A stretch of 64,000 nt of DNA from the NCBI GenBank assembly GCA_965279515.1, contig CBDIID010000003.1, positions 2,336,001 to 2,400,000 of the forward strand, in the 5' to 3' direction. The first letter of the stretch is position 1. Each line of letters begins with the position of its first letter. The notes beneath the pieces are model-generated. The model did not search any database and was not told the origin of the DNA. It worked only from the letters and a program-made list of their open reading frames with translations. The DNA is from Turneriella sp. (GTDB taxonomy: Bacteria; Spirochaetota; Leptospiria; Turneriellales; Turneriellaceae). Positions 47,322 through 56,840 of the stretch are shown here, piece by piece. Made by a program: the position numbers and the translations under genes.

Positions 47322-47541
47322 AAGCACTTTCCCGGGAAAATTTGTCTTTACTGAGGTTAACTCCTTTTTTGATCACTTTCAGGGCATGTGATCTGGCTTT
47401 ATTTATCTCGAGAGCATTGTGAGAACTTTTCTCGATTAGTTCCGTTACCCATTTGGAAAGTGATTTGCCTTGCTCAACGGCAATATGTTTCCCTCTCTTC
47501 AATGTATTCTCATCTATTCTCAGGGTAATATTCTTGAGCAT
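47314..47541 (-). CDS. RHH antitoxin (DUF6364-like)
   Basis: MLKNITLRIDE...AVEQGKSLSKWV; GGAGCAGGAG RBS; overlaps the toxin start. Confidence 0.85.
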   Translation of the reverse strand: MLKNITLRIDENTLKRGKHIAVEQGKSLSKWVTELIEKSSHNALEINKARSHALKVIKKGVNLSKDKFSRESAYE

Positions 47542-47752
47542 AGAAGGCTCCTGCTCCCCTAAAATACAATGTCAACAAATTAACACAATAACACAGCTTT
47601 CGCGAGCACGCCAGGAGCGACGGCATCGCAACGGCACAGCTCGTAAGATTTTCCAATGCCGTCCTACTCTTTTCTTAACGGCAATTATATTTTCATAAAA
47701 TATTGCTATGAAGCTTGATAAAACAAATGGGAGCTTTTTCCCCGTCTATCAA

Positions 47753-48160
47753 CTACTTCACAAACCTTCTATCCGCCCCGTCGAACGGCGGATAAAAATC
47801 GACGTTGAGAATCGAATACCCCTTCCCCACATTCTCCGCCCAATGCAGCGTACCCTTCTCCACCCGCACTGGTTTATCCTTAATCAGCTCAATAACCTTG
47901 TCGCCCAGATGCAACCGGTTCGCCCCCTTGACCAAGGTCACCTCAAAGCTATGTTTGTCATGAAAGTGCGGTTTCTCCGCGCCATTCATCAGAATGATGT
48001 GCGAGCTCTTCATGGCGTCGCGGTAAAGTTCCTTTAAAACCAGCGGGGATTTTTTTTCCTCATCGGAGAAAAAATTATCCGGGGTTTTCGAACAGCTTGC
48101 GAACAACAGGGCAAACGATAGCAAACTAAGCCAAACATAGAACCTTCCTGACATAATCAA
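47753..48160 (-). CDS. Cupin-domain lipoprotein
   Basis: LFAS-C lipobox; PHFHDKH and GTLHW cupin motifs. Confidence 0.78.
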   Translation of the reverse strand: MIMSGRFYVWLSLLSFALLFASCSKTPDNFFSDEEKKSPLVLKELYRDAMKSSHIILMNGAEKPHFHDKHSFEVTLVKGANRLHLGDKVIELIKDKPVRVEKGTLHWAENVGKGYSILNVDFYPPFDGADRRFVK

Positions 48161-49149
48161 ACCTCTCCTTTTTTGCCGTTACGGCTTTTCTTACCGGTGG
48201 CTATATCCGCTGAAAAATGTTCCACGATCTGGCGGATAAACCCCAGGCGTTCCGCTATCATCAGGAAAACCAGAATCGCCAGACCCGAGAACAACAGCAA
48301 CAGTGCCGCCATGAGATAATAACGGATCGTCCACTCGAGCGCGATCTTAATGCGCCGGAGCAGGTTTGTGAAAAAGCCCGCTTTCACTGCGCCGCGGTTT
48401 TCAACCAGCGTCACACGCACCGTGCAGAATTCATTCTGTTCATCGAACTCGCCCAGTTTCACTCCGAGATTCTGGATCTCCTGTTCGATTTCGAGAATTT
48501 TATTCTCGAGCTCGATGAGCTCCGTCACCTTGCCGCCGCGGCCCTTGAGGGCCTTCAGCGCCGTGCGGTATTTTTCCTGCGAGACGCGCTTCGCGTTCAG
48601 GTTTTTGTATTCATTTGTCTTATCGGATTTGGTAATCTGTATGTCGGTGAGCTCACCGATTTTGCGTACATCTTCGATCAATACATCAAACTTTTCCGGA
48701 TCAACACCGATGCCCAGGCGCAGCACGCGGTGGCCGGCCAAACCCGTCGCCTGCTCGGACTGGATGATAGCCTTGTATTGTTCGACGGTGCCGCGCAGTC
48801 TTTTTTCATCATTCACAAAATCGCGCGAATGCGAAGCCACCGAGCCGACTTTTTCGTATTTTTCCTTATTCTGTATCACCGCGGGGCCTGCGGCTATTTT
48901 CTTTTTCTCGGAAGCGTAGTTTTTCCGCAGATTGTTATCCACAGAATTCTGCTGCGCACCGTCGTTCTGCGCATTGCCGGCAAAAAATCCATTCATGTGG
49001 TTTTGTTCCGCTGCGACGTCAGAGACCGCAAAACCGTAGCCGATGCGCATCAGAAAGAGCGCTCCGAAGGAGATCAGAAAATATTTGAAGATAGGTTTAA
49101 ATTTTTCTTTGATTGATTTTTTTTCCACAGGCGAACGGCAGGCGGACAA
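48157..49149 (-). CDS. DUF4349-like membrane protein
   Basis: TM at both ends; DKTNEY..L..K, ELIELENKI..IE coiled coil. Start uncertain. Confidence 0.75.
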   Translation of the reverse strand: MSACRSPVEKKSIKEKFKPIFKYFLISFGALFLMRIGYGFAVSDVAAEQNHMNGFFAGNAQNDGAQQNSVDNNLRKNYASEKKKIAAGPAVIQNKEKYEKVGSVASHSRDFVNDEKRLRGTVEQYKAIIQSEQATGLAGHRVLRLGIGVDPEKFDVLIEDVRKIGELTDIQITKSDKTNEYKNLNAKRVSQEKYRTALKALKGRGGKVTELIELENKILEIEQEIQNLGVKLGEFDEQNEFCTVRVTLVENRGAVKAGFFTNLLRRIKIALEWTIRYYLMAALLLLFSGLAILVFLMIAERLGFIRQIVEHFSADIATGKKSRNGKKGEV

Positions 49150-49172
49150 GCCTCCGCGTCAAACGAATTCAC

Positions 49173-49203
49173 AAATAAAAAAGCCCGCTGACGCGGGCCT
49201 TTT
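49173..49203 (-). terminator. Rho-independent terminator of the flaA operon
   Basis: Minus strand: GCCCGC-GTCA-GCGGGC-TTTTTTATTT. Confidence 0.8.
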
Positions 49204-49221
49204 GAAATACCGTCGGGTAGC

Positions 49222-50112
49222 TTACTTGCCACCCTCCGCGTATTTTTTGAGGTTTTTAGCGTATTCACGCGCCTCGTTCTTTTCTTTCTTATCGACATCG
49301 TCAAAGTCTACGTCGGCACCGTCAAAGTGCACATCATACATGTCGGTGAGAACTTTCACCGCGTCGAAGAAGATAACCACTTTTTCTGTGTTGGCTGTCA
49401 GTTTCGAACGCAGCACGAGTTTTGTCAGAACCAGGTTTTTGGTTTGAGGGTAGGTGTCGATATCCTGCGGAACGCCCACGGGCACTTTCGCCGTCAGCGG
49501 GCGCCAGCCGACAAAGTTCACTGAACCCATCTTCAGAACGTGCGTTGAACCTCTCCAGTCCTGAACCCATGCTTCGAGAGTGTAATCGTTGCCGCGGCCC
49601 AGTACCCAGACCGACACAGCCTTGACTTTGCCGGGCAGCTTAAGGCCAGGAATTTCCTGGACTTTGGGCTTGTTGTTGTTGTCGAGCTCGTCGAGCACAC
49701 GGTAAATCTTCTTAGAAGCGGGTGGCGTCAGCGCCACAACGTTATTACCGGGATAGATGAACTTAAAGCGCAGACCAAGGCACTTCTTGTTGGTCTCGTC
49801 ATGCGCGAGGTTCTGCGGGCGGCATGGAGCGTTCGCCGCGCCTTTGATGCCAATTTCAGGAGAATTCCATTTCTCTCCTTTAGGTGGTGTGCCATCGGCC
49901 TCGACGACAGCCGGAATCGCTTCCGGGTCACCGGGCGTGACAACAGCAGTCCAGGCGTCAGCTTCAAAGCCTTCGACCTGAATCGAACGCAACTCAAAAC
50001 CGTCGACGTCGTCGCCGTTCAGAGTCTTGATCGCACTCTTACCCGAAATCGCTGTAAACGAGTACAGCAGCGGAATTACCGCGAGCGTTGTTATTTTTAT
50101 TGCAGTACGCAT
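49222..50112 (-). CDS. flaA1: Periplasmic flagellar filament sheath protein FlaA1
   Basis: LPGKVKAVSVWVLGRG..LEAWVQDWRG..MGSVNFVGWRPL; second gene of the tandem pair (numbering by analogy with Leptospira). Confidence 0.88.
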   Translation of the reverse strand: MRTAIKITTLAVIPLLYSFTAISGKSAIKTLNGDDVDGFELRSIQVEGFEADAWTAVVTPGDPEAIPAVVEADGTPPKGEKWNSPEIGIKGAANAPCRPQNLAHDETNKKCLGLRFKFIYPGNNVVALTPPASKKIYRVLDELDNNNKPKVQEIPGLKLPGKVKAVSVWVLGRGNDYTLEAWVQDWRGSTHVLKMGSVNFVGWRPLTAKVPVGVPQDIDTYPQTKNLVLTKLVLRSKLTANTEKVVIFFDAVKVLTDMYDVHFDGADVDFDDVDKKEKNEAREYAKNLKKYAEGGK

Positions 50113-50127
50113 AGATCCTCCGTGATC

Positions 50128-50871
50128 TTACCAGTTATCCTTGATCTTGCTGCCGGGATATTCGCTATCGCTCATATCTGTTTTGACGCGCAGATCATCG
50201 ACATAAAAGAAGAAGTCGCCCCAGGTTTCGTGCGGATCGCACTCGACATAGAGTGAAACAAAGTGCAGGTTTTTATCGAGCAGCGCATGGCGTGTGCTCT
50301 GTGGCAGCCAACCCGGCACCGTTACGGTGTGCTTGCGCCAGCCGAAGTAGTCGAGCTTGCCGAGTTTCAGCTTGTGCAGGTTGCCGCGGTAGTCGCGCAG
50401 TTTGATAAAGAGCGTGTGGCGGAAGTTACGACCCAGCACCCAAACAGAGAACTGGCGGCCCAAACCTTTGATGAGGTATTCATGCGGGGGCTTGATTTCG
50501 ACGCGGTCAAAACCCTTTTCTTTAAAGAAGGTTTTTACGCCGAGCACATTGTTCGCCGTCTTCGGGTCTTTGAGACCGTCTTTGAAGCGGGTTTTTTCTT
50601 CCTCGGAAAGTTCCTTGGGATTAAAAACGTCTTCGATCGGCCCTAACTGAATCGTCTTTCTGACCTTCGTGATACCGAGGGGCGTCGTCGAGAAGGCGCG
50701 CCAGTCTTCCGAAGATTCGAAATCGTTCAGGAGCACGTCCTGTACGTCTGCTTTTTTGTTGCCTTTAACATTAGAAGCATCCTGCGCAACCAAAGTTGCA
50801 CCAATGAATGCCGTTGCCAGCGCCGTTACTAGCAGTACCTTTTTACCGCTGCCTTCCATAAATTCCCCCAT
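50128..50871 (-). CDS. flaA2: Periplasmic flagellar filament sheath protein FlaA2
   Basis: VLGVKTFF..GFDRVEI, SVWVLGRNFRHTL..LRDYRG..LGKLDYFGWRK. Confidence 0.88.
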   Translation of the reverse strand: MGEFMEGSGKKVLLVTALATAFIGATLVAQDASNVKGNKKADVQDVLLNDFESSEDWRAFSTTPLGITKVRKTIQLGPIEDVFNPKELSEEEKTRFKDGLKDPKTANNVLGVKTFFKEKGFDRVEIKPPHEYLIKGLGRQFSVWVLGRNFRHTLFIKLRDYRGNLHKLKLGKLDYFGWRKHTVTVPGWLPQSTRHALLDKNLHFVSLYVECDPHETWGDFFFYVDDLRVKTDMSDSEYPGSKIKDNW

Positions 50872-50991
50872 ATCCTTGCCTACAGAGCTTGCATAGTACG
50901 CCCTGAAAAGCCTTTTATACTGTAACTAATATCGGTAGTGGGGATGCATTACTTAAATTGTTTCCACCCCTTCGGGGTGAAAACGATGAAT

Positions 50992-51029
50992 TTAAGGGGG
51001 CGGTTGCACCGCCCCCTTAGGAACCCCCG
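50992..51029 (-). repeat. Palindromic element family 2
   Basis: 12-bp stem TAAGGGGGCGGT-tgc-ACCGCCCCCTTA plus GGAACCCCCG; encodes the C-terminus and stop of the adjacent gene. Confidence 0.72.
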
Positions 51030-52119
51030 CCGGCAGAGTTATGTCTCTCCAGTTGTAGTTATCTTTTCGCATTTTCCAGATGAAGCCATCTATGACATAA
51101 TGCGTAATCTGTGGGACTGACAGCAGTGGCACGATAATTTTCAGCCAGGGCGAGCCGGCATCGACCGTGCCGAGCGCCGAGTGAAATATTCCGAAGAAGG
51201 CTGCATGCTCTTTGTCGTGCCAGACCCAGGCATTCCACAGACCCTCTTCCAAATAGGCGAGGATTAACAACGAAACTACAAATAATGCGACATAACGCGG
51301 CCGGAAAATATTCCTAACCCCCCAGCCCCCCTTGTAGAAAGGGTTGTATTTCTTATTACCATAAATCCAGACGAGCGCCATATAAGGCACGCCATGCGAA
51401 ACGACATTGATCGCTGTGAAGGCAAGATCAGAGTTAAAGTGCACGATGCCCACATACCACGACAGAAAGGTTCCTGCGAGAATGCCATTGCGTGGAATGT
51501 TCACGGAGCGGGTTTTTAAAATCTGCCGAATCTCTTTCACAAGATAGGTGAGAATAACCGCTGAATAAAGAAGGAACAGAACCTTACGCAATCCTACTTC
51601 AGGCAAATAGACAAAATCGCCCTTCATGAACCAGTTGAAATTCTTCTGACCCGCGAGATGCCAGTCGAGTATGGGATAAATCGTCGCCGTGTAGATCGCG
51701 AGGGCGTCGAGGCGCCGCAGCCACGGCGTCTGATTTTCAGAGCGCGCATAGACGCGCATGAAACCATACTGCTGGCGCGCGAAGTGAAAGACTGCGAGAT
51801 AGGCCATCACGCGCCAAAACGTGAGCGCGCCGAGACTATAGAGGCTCATGCAGACGACGAAGACGGCAAACGGCAACAGATAAAGAAACGTGCGGTGCAG
51901 CTTATGCGTCTCAGGATCGAGGTAGGTGCGGTAGAGTGTGCTGTAGACATGGCTGACGTCGACACCCATAACAAGTATCGCCCAGCTGACAACCGTCATC
52001 GAATCGGGCTCGCCGAACGTCGCCGGCATGAGCAGCGCCGCAGCGACGATAAAGAAGGGAACACCAATAATGAAGATGCCGTCAACGACCCCTGAATAAA
52101 TCCAAGGCTGCTTTTGCAT
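50992..52119 (-). CDS. Integral membrane protein with conserved His motifs (desaturase/hydroxylase-like)
   Basis: DVSHVYST, FHFARQQYG, SHGVPY and THYVIDGFIWK; multiple TM segments. Confidence 0.75.
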   Translation of the reverse strand: MQKQPWIYSGVVDGIFIIGVPFFIVAAALLMPATFGEPDSMTVVSWAILVMGVDVSHVYSTLYRTYLDPETHKLHRTFLYLLPFAVFVVCMSLYSLGALTFWRVMAYLAVFHFARQQYGFMRVYARSENQTPWLRRLDALAIYTATIYPILDWHLAGQKNFNWFMKGDFVYLPEVGLRKVLFLLYSAVILTYLVKEIRQILKTRSVNIPRNGILAGTFLSWYVGIVHFNSDLAFTAINVVSHGVPYMALVWIYGNKKYNPFYKGGWGVRNIFRPRYVALFVVSLLILAYLEEGLWNAWVWHDKEHAAFFGIFHSALGTVDAGSPWLKIIVPLLSVPQITHYVIDGFIWKMRKDNYNWRDITLPAGVPKGAVQPPP

Positions 52120-52124
52120 TTTGA

Positions 52125-52158
52125 CCGGGGTTGTTAAGGGGCACGGAGTGCCCCTTAA
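52125..52158 (+). repeat. Palindromic element family 2 (opposite orientation)
   Basis: CCGGGGTTG plus 11-bp stem TTAAGGGGCAC-gga-GTGCCCCTTAA. Confidence 0.7.
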
Positions 52159-52160
52159 GA

Positions 52161-53228
52161 TTAACCTAAGGAATCACACTTCGCGCCGCCGATAATCCGC
52201 ACCTTCAGTTTTTTCACCGAGCCATCGGCGGCAGCGCGCCACTGCGCCTCGGGATATGCACAGGCATGCTTTTTGTCAGGCTTTTTGACTTCCGTCATGT
52301 TGAGTGTATACGTCTCGCTGCGGCCCGCTTCGCGCTCGCAGCCGAGACAGGTGCCTGACCGGATAAAGACCTGTGGCCAGACGGGCTGCTGCGCAAGGCC
52401 GCCTGTAGCAACGATGTTGCGCTCATGGCCCCAGCGGTTCACGCGGTAATAACACTTATCGCCGTATACGGGTGCGTCTTTGTATTTCGTATTGCAACGT
52501 TTCTCTTTCTTAAACGTGCCGTTACCTTTGTCGACGCGCGCCATGGAGCAGGTTTCACCGTCAGCGACTTTGTTGTGCGAGCGCACTTCTTGTTTGTGGA
52601 TGATCAGATAGGCGTCAAACGGCATGGCATCACACCAGCTGGTTTGCGACCTTCCTTTATAAGACTCTATCTTCACGGTTTTTTCCCAGACATGGCTGTC
52701 GATCTTCACCTCGATCGAGCGTGAGACAAAGATGAGCGTGATGATGGTGGCGAGGGCCGCCGCGACGCCGCCACCAATATAATACCATTTTTTGTTCGAT
52801 TTGGGTGGCTCGGTTATCGGGGGAGTGCCGCTCTTTTGCGCATCGAAGTCCGCTTTGGCGGTCGCTTTCGATTCGGCCGCGAACCCCCCGACTCCGGCGA
52901 CCTGTTCAGAGCGCAGCGAAACCGTCTTCGCGTCTTTCATGGGTGAGCCGCACTGCGTACAGAACTCGGCCTTCGCCGCATTCGCAGTCTGGCAATTGCC
53001 GCACTTCTTATCGGCCCCGGTGTATTCGTGGTCTGCGACGGCAATCGCCTCTTCGTCCGAGGGAAAATAGCGGGCGCTGGTATCCTGCGCAGCACCGCAG
53101 CTCGGACAGAACTTATGCGTTAACCCCAGGAGTTTTTTGGTACCGCAATACTTGCAGTCCCAGAGCATCTGGTATGTGCCTTCTTCTTCGACGCGGTCAA
53201 AGCCGCCATCCTTGGGTTCGTTCGCCAT
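52161..53228 (-). CDS. Double zinc-ribbon, single-TM membrane protein
   Basis: Probable start ATG 53228 (MANEPKDGG); WDCKYC, CPSC, CGNC, CTQC, one TM and a Cys-containing exported domain. Confidence 0.82.
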   Translation of the reverse strand: MANEPKDGGFDRVEEEGTYQMLWDCKYCGTKKLLGLTHKFCPSCGAAQDTSARYFPSDEEAIAVADHEYTGADKKCGNCQTANAAKAEFCTQCGSPMKDAKTVSLRSEQVAGVGGFAAESKATAKADFDAQKSGTPPITEPPKSNKKWYYIGGGVAAALATIITLIFVSRSIEVKIDSHVWEKTVKIESYKGRSQTSWCDAMPFDAYLIIHKQEVRSHNKVADGETCSMARVDKGNGTFKKEKRCNTKYKDAPVYGDKCYYRVNRWGHERNIVATGGLAQQPVWPQVFIRSGTCLGCEREAGRSETYTLNMTEVKKPDKKHACAYPEAQWRAAADGSVKKLKVRIIGGAKCDSLG

Positions 53229-53318
53229 GGATAAAGATACTGCCGCGCTTCGCCATGTCAATGATTTAGAATGACCAATTTCGTAGCGACGCGCCAAAAC
53301 GAGGTTACCGCATGGCGC

Positions 53319-54251
53319 ATGCGCATTCTGTTCTTCTGCATCTTTATGGCGGGTACGACCCTTTTTCCCTGGGGCATACGGGGACACCGCATTGTCGCGC
53401 GCATCGCTGAGAACCACCTGACGGAAAATGCCCGCCAAAAGGTGACGGAACTCCTGAAAGAAGACACTCTCACCAAAGTGGCCAATGAAGCCGATAGCTA
53501 TCGCTCCCAGTCTAAATGGAAGTGCGCTGCACCGTTCCACTATGTCAGCATCGAGGATAAAGAAATCTATCTCAATGCCCAAAAGGCGGCGGGGGGCGAC
53601 ATCGTGCGCGCCCTCGTCTACTTTGAGGATGTGCTGCGCGACAAAAAATCCAAACCTGTTGCGAAAGCTCTCGCGCTCAAATGGCTGGTGCATCTGGTCG
53701 GCGACATACACCAGCCGCTGCACGTTGGCCGCGCCTGCGACCGCGGCGGCAATTCAACCGAAGTCAGCTGGTTCAAGGCAAAGTCAAATCTGCATAAGGT
53801 GTGGGATGTCGAACTCATCAACTATGAAGAACTGAGTTTCAGCGAATACGCGACCGAGATCGACAAGGCCGATGAGAAAACACTTGCGGCATGGTCGACA
53901 TCGAACTATCTCGACTGGACGGCTGAGGCGCAGACGGTACGCACGCAGATCTATACCTGCCTCAGCAAAGACGGATGCAAAGCGGCGGCGGCATTCGGTT
54001 CCTGCGAAAAAAAATCTACCGAACCCGTACCGAATCTCGAATACGCCTATATCGAAAAAAACCGCGAACTGTTAAACCGCCAGTTGCTGAAAGCGGGGAT
54101 CCGCCTCGCTGCCTTGCTGAACCGCATCTTTGCCGATTCGCCGTTCACCACAAGTGAAATGAAGGCACGCAGCGAAATGGACGCACTCAAAACCGAAACG
54201 CCGAACCCCGTCGAAGAATGTATAGAGAAAGCACTCGAGACTTCACGTTAG
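53319..54251 (+). CDS. S1/P1 nuclease
   Basis: Signal peptide then WGIRGH; HLVGDIHQPLH, DRGGN, NLHKVWD and AGIRLA. Confidence 0.93.
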   Translation: MRILFFCIFMAGTTLFPWGIRGHRIVARIAENHLTENARQKVTELLKEDTLTKVANEADSYRSQSKWKCAAPFHYVSIEDKEIYLNAQKAAGGDIVRALVYFEDVLRDKKSKPVAKALALKWLVHLVGDIHQPLHVGRACDRGGNSTEVSWFKAKSNLHKVWDVELINYEELSFSEYATEIDKADEKTLAAWSTSNYLDWTAEAQTVRTQIYTCLSKDGCKAAAAFGSCEKKSTEPVPNLEYAYIEKNRELLNRQLLKAGIRLAALLNRIFADSPFTTSEMKARSEMDALKTETPNPVEECIEKALETSR

Positions 54252-54254
54252 ATT

Positions 54255-55262
54255 TTGGCAAAGCCGTCTGACATCCGTAATTTCTTAGCGGGCGGCGCAC
54301 CGGTCATCGACGTGCGCAGTGAGGGCGAATTTGCCGCGGGTCATATTCCCGGGGCGATATCGCTTCCCCTCTTTAATAACACCGAGCGCGCAGAGATCGG
54401 TACACTCTACAAACAACAAGGCAGGCAAACCGCCATACTCAAGGGTTTGGAATATGCCGGGGCTAAGATGCAGACTCTGGCGTCAAACGGCCTCGCGCTG
54501 GCAAAGGATGGCAAGATCGCCGTGCATTGCTGGCGCGGCGGTATGCGCTCGTCATCGGTGGCCTGGCTGCTCGAAGGTGTCGGCCTCGATGTCAAGGTTC
54601 TGGAAGGCGGTTATAAATCATACCGCCGGCTCTGCCTTGAGCTCTTTGCCGTACCGCGTAGGCTTACGATCATCGGTGGCAAGACAGGTTCCAAAAAAAC
54701 CGACATCCTCAATGAACTGCAAGGCGTGGCAGCGCAAACGCTCGATCTCGAGGCACTCGCCAACCACCGCGGTTCGGCCTTCGGTTATGCCACTGACGGC
54801 ACGCAGCCAACGCAGGAACAGTTTGAAAACGACCTGGGCATGGTGCTCTTTAAATCCGATGCCGACAGACCTTTGCTTGTCGAAGACGAGAGCCGGCTTC
54901 TGGGGCGATTGCACATACCCGATCCATTCTGGTTTCAAATGCGCGCGGCCCCGGTCTGGGTGCTCGAATGGCCGATCGAAAAACGTATTGAACATCTGAT
55001 GGCCGACTATGAGGCCCCCGCGGAGAAAATCCGCGCGAACCTCAAAGCCATCCACAAGCGGCTCGGCATGGAGCGCTATAAAACCGCTCTGACGGCGCTC
55101 GATGAGGGGCGGCTCGATGAAGTCTGCCGCACGGTTCTCGATTATTACGACCGCGCCTATGCCTATGGCCTGAGTGTACGCGATCCATCCACATTAAGTT
55201 ATTTACCCGGTGAAACCGCCCGCGAAGAAATTCAGAGAAAACTGTCATGCAAGTCCGCTTAA
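54255..55262 (+). CDS. selU: tRNA 2-selenouridine synthase
   Basis: Rhodanese IDVRSEGEF..CWRGGMRS; P-loop GKTGSKKT; DLEALANHRGSAFG. Confidence 0.95.
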   Translation: MAKPSDIRNFLAGGAPVIDVRSEGEFAAGHIPGAISLPLFNNTERAEIGTLYKQQGRQTAILKGLEYAGAKMQTLASNGLALAKDGKIAVHCWRGGMRSSSVAWLLEGVGLDVKVLEGGYKSYRRLCLELFAVPRRLTIIGGKTGSKKTDILNELQGVAAQTLDLEALANHRGSAFGYATDGTQPTQEQFENDLGMVLFKSDADRPLLVEDESRLLGRLHIPDPFWFQMRAAPVWVLEWPIEKRIEHLMADYEAPAEKIRANLKAIHKRLGMERYKTALTALDEGRLDEVCRTVLDYYDRAYAYGLSVRDPSTLSYLPGETAREEIQRKLSCKSA

Positions 55263-56281
55263 CCCAATACAGTCACGGCGCCGGCTGTGGCTGCAAAATT
55301 TCGCCCGGTGTGCTCACGGAAATCCTGAAAGGCAACATGGTATTTCCGACGGCGAATGTCATCGTCGGCAACTCAGACCGCGACGACGCCGCGGCCTACC
55401 TGCTGGGCCACGACCAGGTTCTGCTCTCGACAACGGACTTCTTCATGCCGGTCGTCGACGATGCCTTCGACTTTGGGCGCATCGCCGCAGCGAACGCGAT
55501 CTCTGATATCTATGCGATGGGCGGGCGGCCGATTCTTGCGCTGGCCATTCTCGGCTGGCCGATTGCGAAATTGCCGGTAGAAGTCGCCAACCGCGTTATT
55601 GCCGGCGCGCGTGAAATCGCTGCCGAGGCAGGTATCACCATCGCTGGCGGCCACAGTATCGACGCAGAAGAACCGATCTTCGGTCTTTCCGTCAACGGCC
55701 TTGTGTCGCCAAAGCATCTCAAACGCAATTCCACAGCTGAAGCCGGGGATATCCTCATTCTCACAAAGCCGCTCGGCATTGGCATCCATACCACGGCGCT
55801 GAAAAAATCCCTCCTTAAGAGTGAGCATGAAGGCCTCGCTGTTAAAGAGATGACCACGCTGAATAAAATGGGCCGTGAGCTGGCGGAGCTCCCCGGTGTG
55901 CATGCCATCACCGATGTGACAGGCTTTGGCCTCGCCGGGCATCTTCTCGAAATGATCACGCCGCGCAAACTGTCGGCAGAAATTGAGTTCGCCAGGCTGC
56001 CACTGCTGCCCGGCCTCGAAGACTATGTAACTTTGAAAGCTGTACCAGGCGGCACCGGGCGAAACTTCGATAGTTTCGGGGATCGCCTGACCGGCGTCGC
56101 AGACGAATACCGGCGCGCGGTTGTCTGCGATCCGCAAACTTCGGGGGGATTGCTCGTGGCCATAAAACCTGATGCCCTGAAAGATGTCGAAGCCGCTTTT
56201 GCGAAGGCGGGAATATCCGATAAAATGCCTGTGATTGGGAAAATTGTCTCGAAGGCAACAACAGAGATATGCTTCAGGTAA
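55247..56281 (+). CDS. selD: Selenide, water dikinase (Cys-type)
   Basis: RLTQYSHGAGCGCKI, DDAA, TTDFF, DVTGFGL and DPQTSGGLL. Confidence 0.97.
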   Translation: MQVRLTQYSHGAGCGCKISPGVLTEILKGNMVFPTANVIVGNSDRDDAAAYLLGHDQVLLSTTDFFMPVVDDAFDFGRIAAANAISDIYAMGGRPILALAILGWPIAKLPVEVANRVIAGAREIAAEAGITIAGGHSIDAEEPIFGLSVNGLVSPKHLKRNSTAEAGDILILTKPLGIGIHTTALKKSLLKSEHEGLAVKEMTTLNKMGRELAELPGVHAITDVTGFGLAGHLLEMITPRKLSAEIEFARLPLLPGLEDYVTLKAVPGGTGRNFDSFGDRLTGVADEYRRAVVCDPQTSGGLLVAIKPDALKDVEAAFAKAGISDKMPVIGKIVSKATTEICFR

Positions 56282-56320
56282 AAACATTGACGGCGCTCGA
56301 TTAAGTAGCGACTTTGAATC

Positions 56321-56500
56321 ATGCAGAAAGAGGCTTTAGTATCAACGATTGCAGCCTTACCTGGCGAGGTCGACGCGGAAGACGTAATTGAAAAAATTCT
56401 CTTCTTGAAAAATCTCGAAATTGCCGTCGAACAAGCAGATTCGCGTATCCTACTCACTGAGCCCGAGCTCAAAGCTCGTCTCGGCAAATGGCTGAGTTGA
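56321..56500 (+). CDS. Putative antitoxin (59 aa)
   Basis: Manual translation: MQKEALVSTIAALPGEVDAEDVIEKILFLKNLEIAVEQADSRILLTEPELKARLGKWLS; overlaps the RelE/ParE start; TTGACG upstream. Confidence 0.75.
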   Translation: MQKEALVSTIAALPGEVDAEDVIEKILFLKNLEIAVEQADSRILLTEPELKARLGKWLS

Positions 56501-56765
56501 GGTTTACGCCCAAATTTGGTGAAGACCTCTCGAATATCGCCGAATTCATCCAACAAGACTCGCGGATTCTTGCCAAAGAATTTGTAAAACGAGTTTTTTC
56601 CCGACTTGAACAATTAAAAGAAAATCCGGAAATCGGTCGTATCGTACCCGAAACCAATCACCCGCGCATCAGGGAAATTTTTCATGGGAATTACCGGATT
56701 GGTACCGCTTAAAAGACAATTTTGTGGAATTATTGATGATCCGGCACGGAGCTCGCCTCCGCTAA
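56488..56765 (+). pseudogene. RelE/ParE toxin with an apparent 1-bp deletion
   Basis: Reads ...GRIVPE...REIFHGNYRI, shifts frame at attggtac, and continues YRLKDNFVELLMIRHGARLR* in another frame. Confidence 0.8.
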
Positions 56766-56840
56766 ATTCCTCCCTTTTTGTGGTTTTCAACCCCCATCCT
56801 GCAAATTAAAATGAACCTTATGGCAAATAAGGCGTCCAAA

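Noticed and set aside
48217..49116. Long antisense ORFs (also 946-1587, 55373-56287, 61731-62657, 62820-63674)
   Set aside because: Opposite well-supported genes; typical codon-bias shadows with no recognisable motifs.
53229..53723. Extension of the zinc-ribbon ORF to 520 aa
   Set aside because: Antisense shadow of the S1/P1 nuclease gene.
55247..55300. Possible selenocysteine in SelD
   Set aside because: The active-site codons are TGT/TGC (Cys); there is no in-frame TGA.
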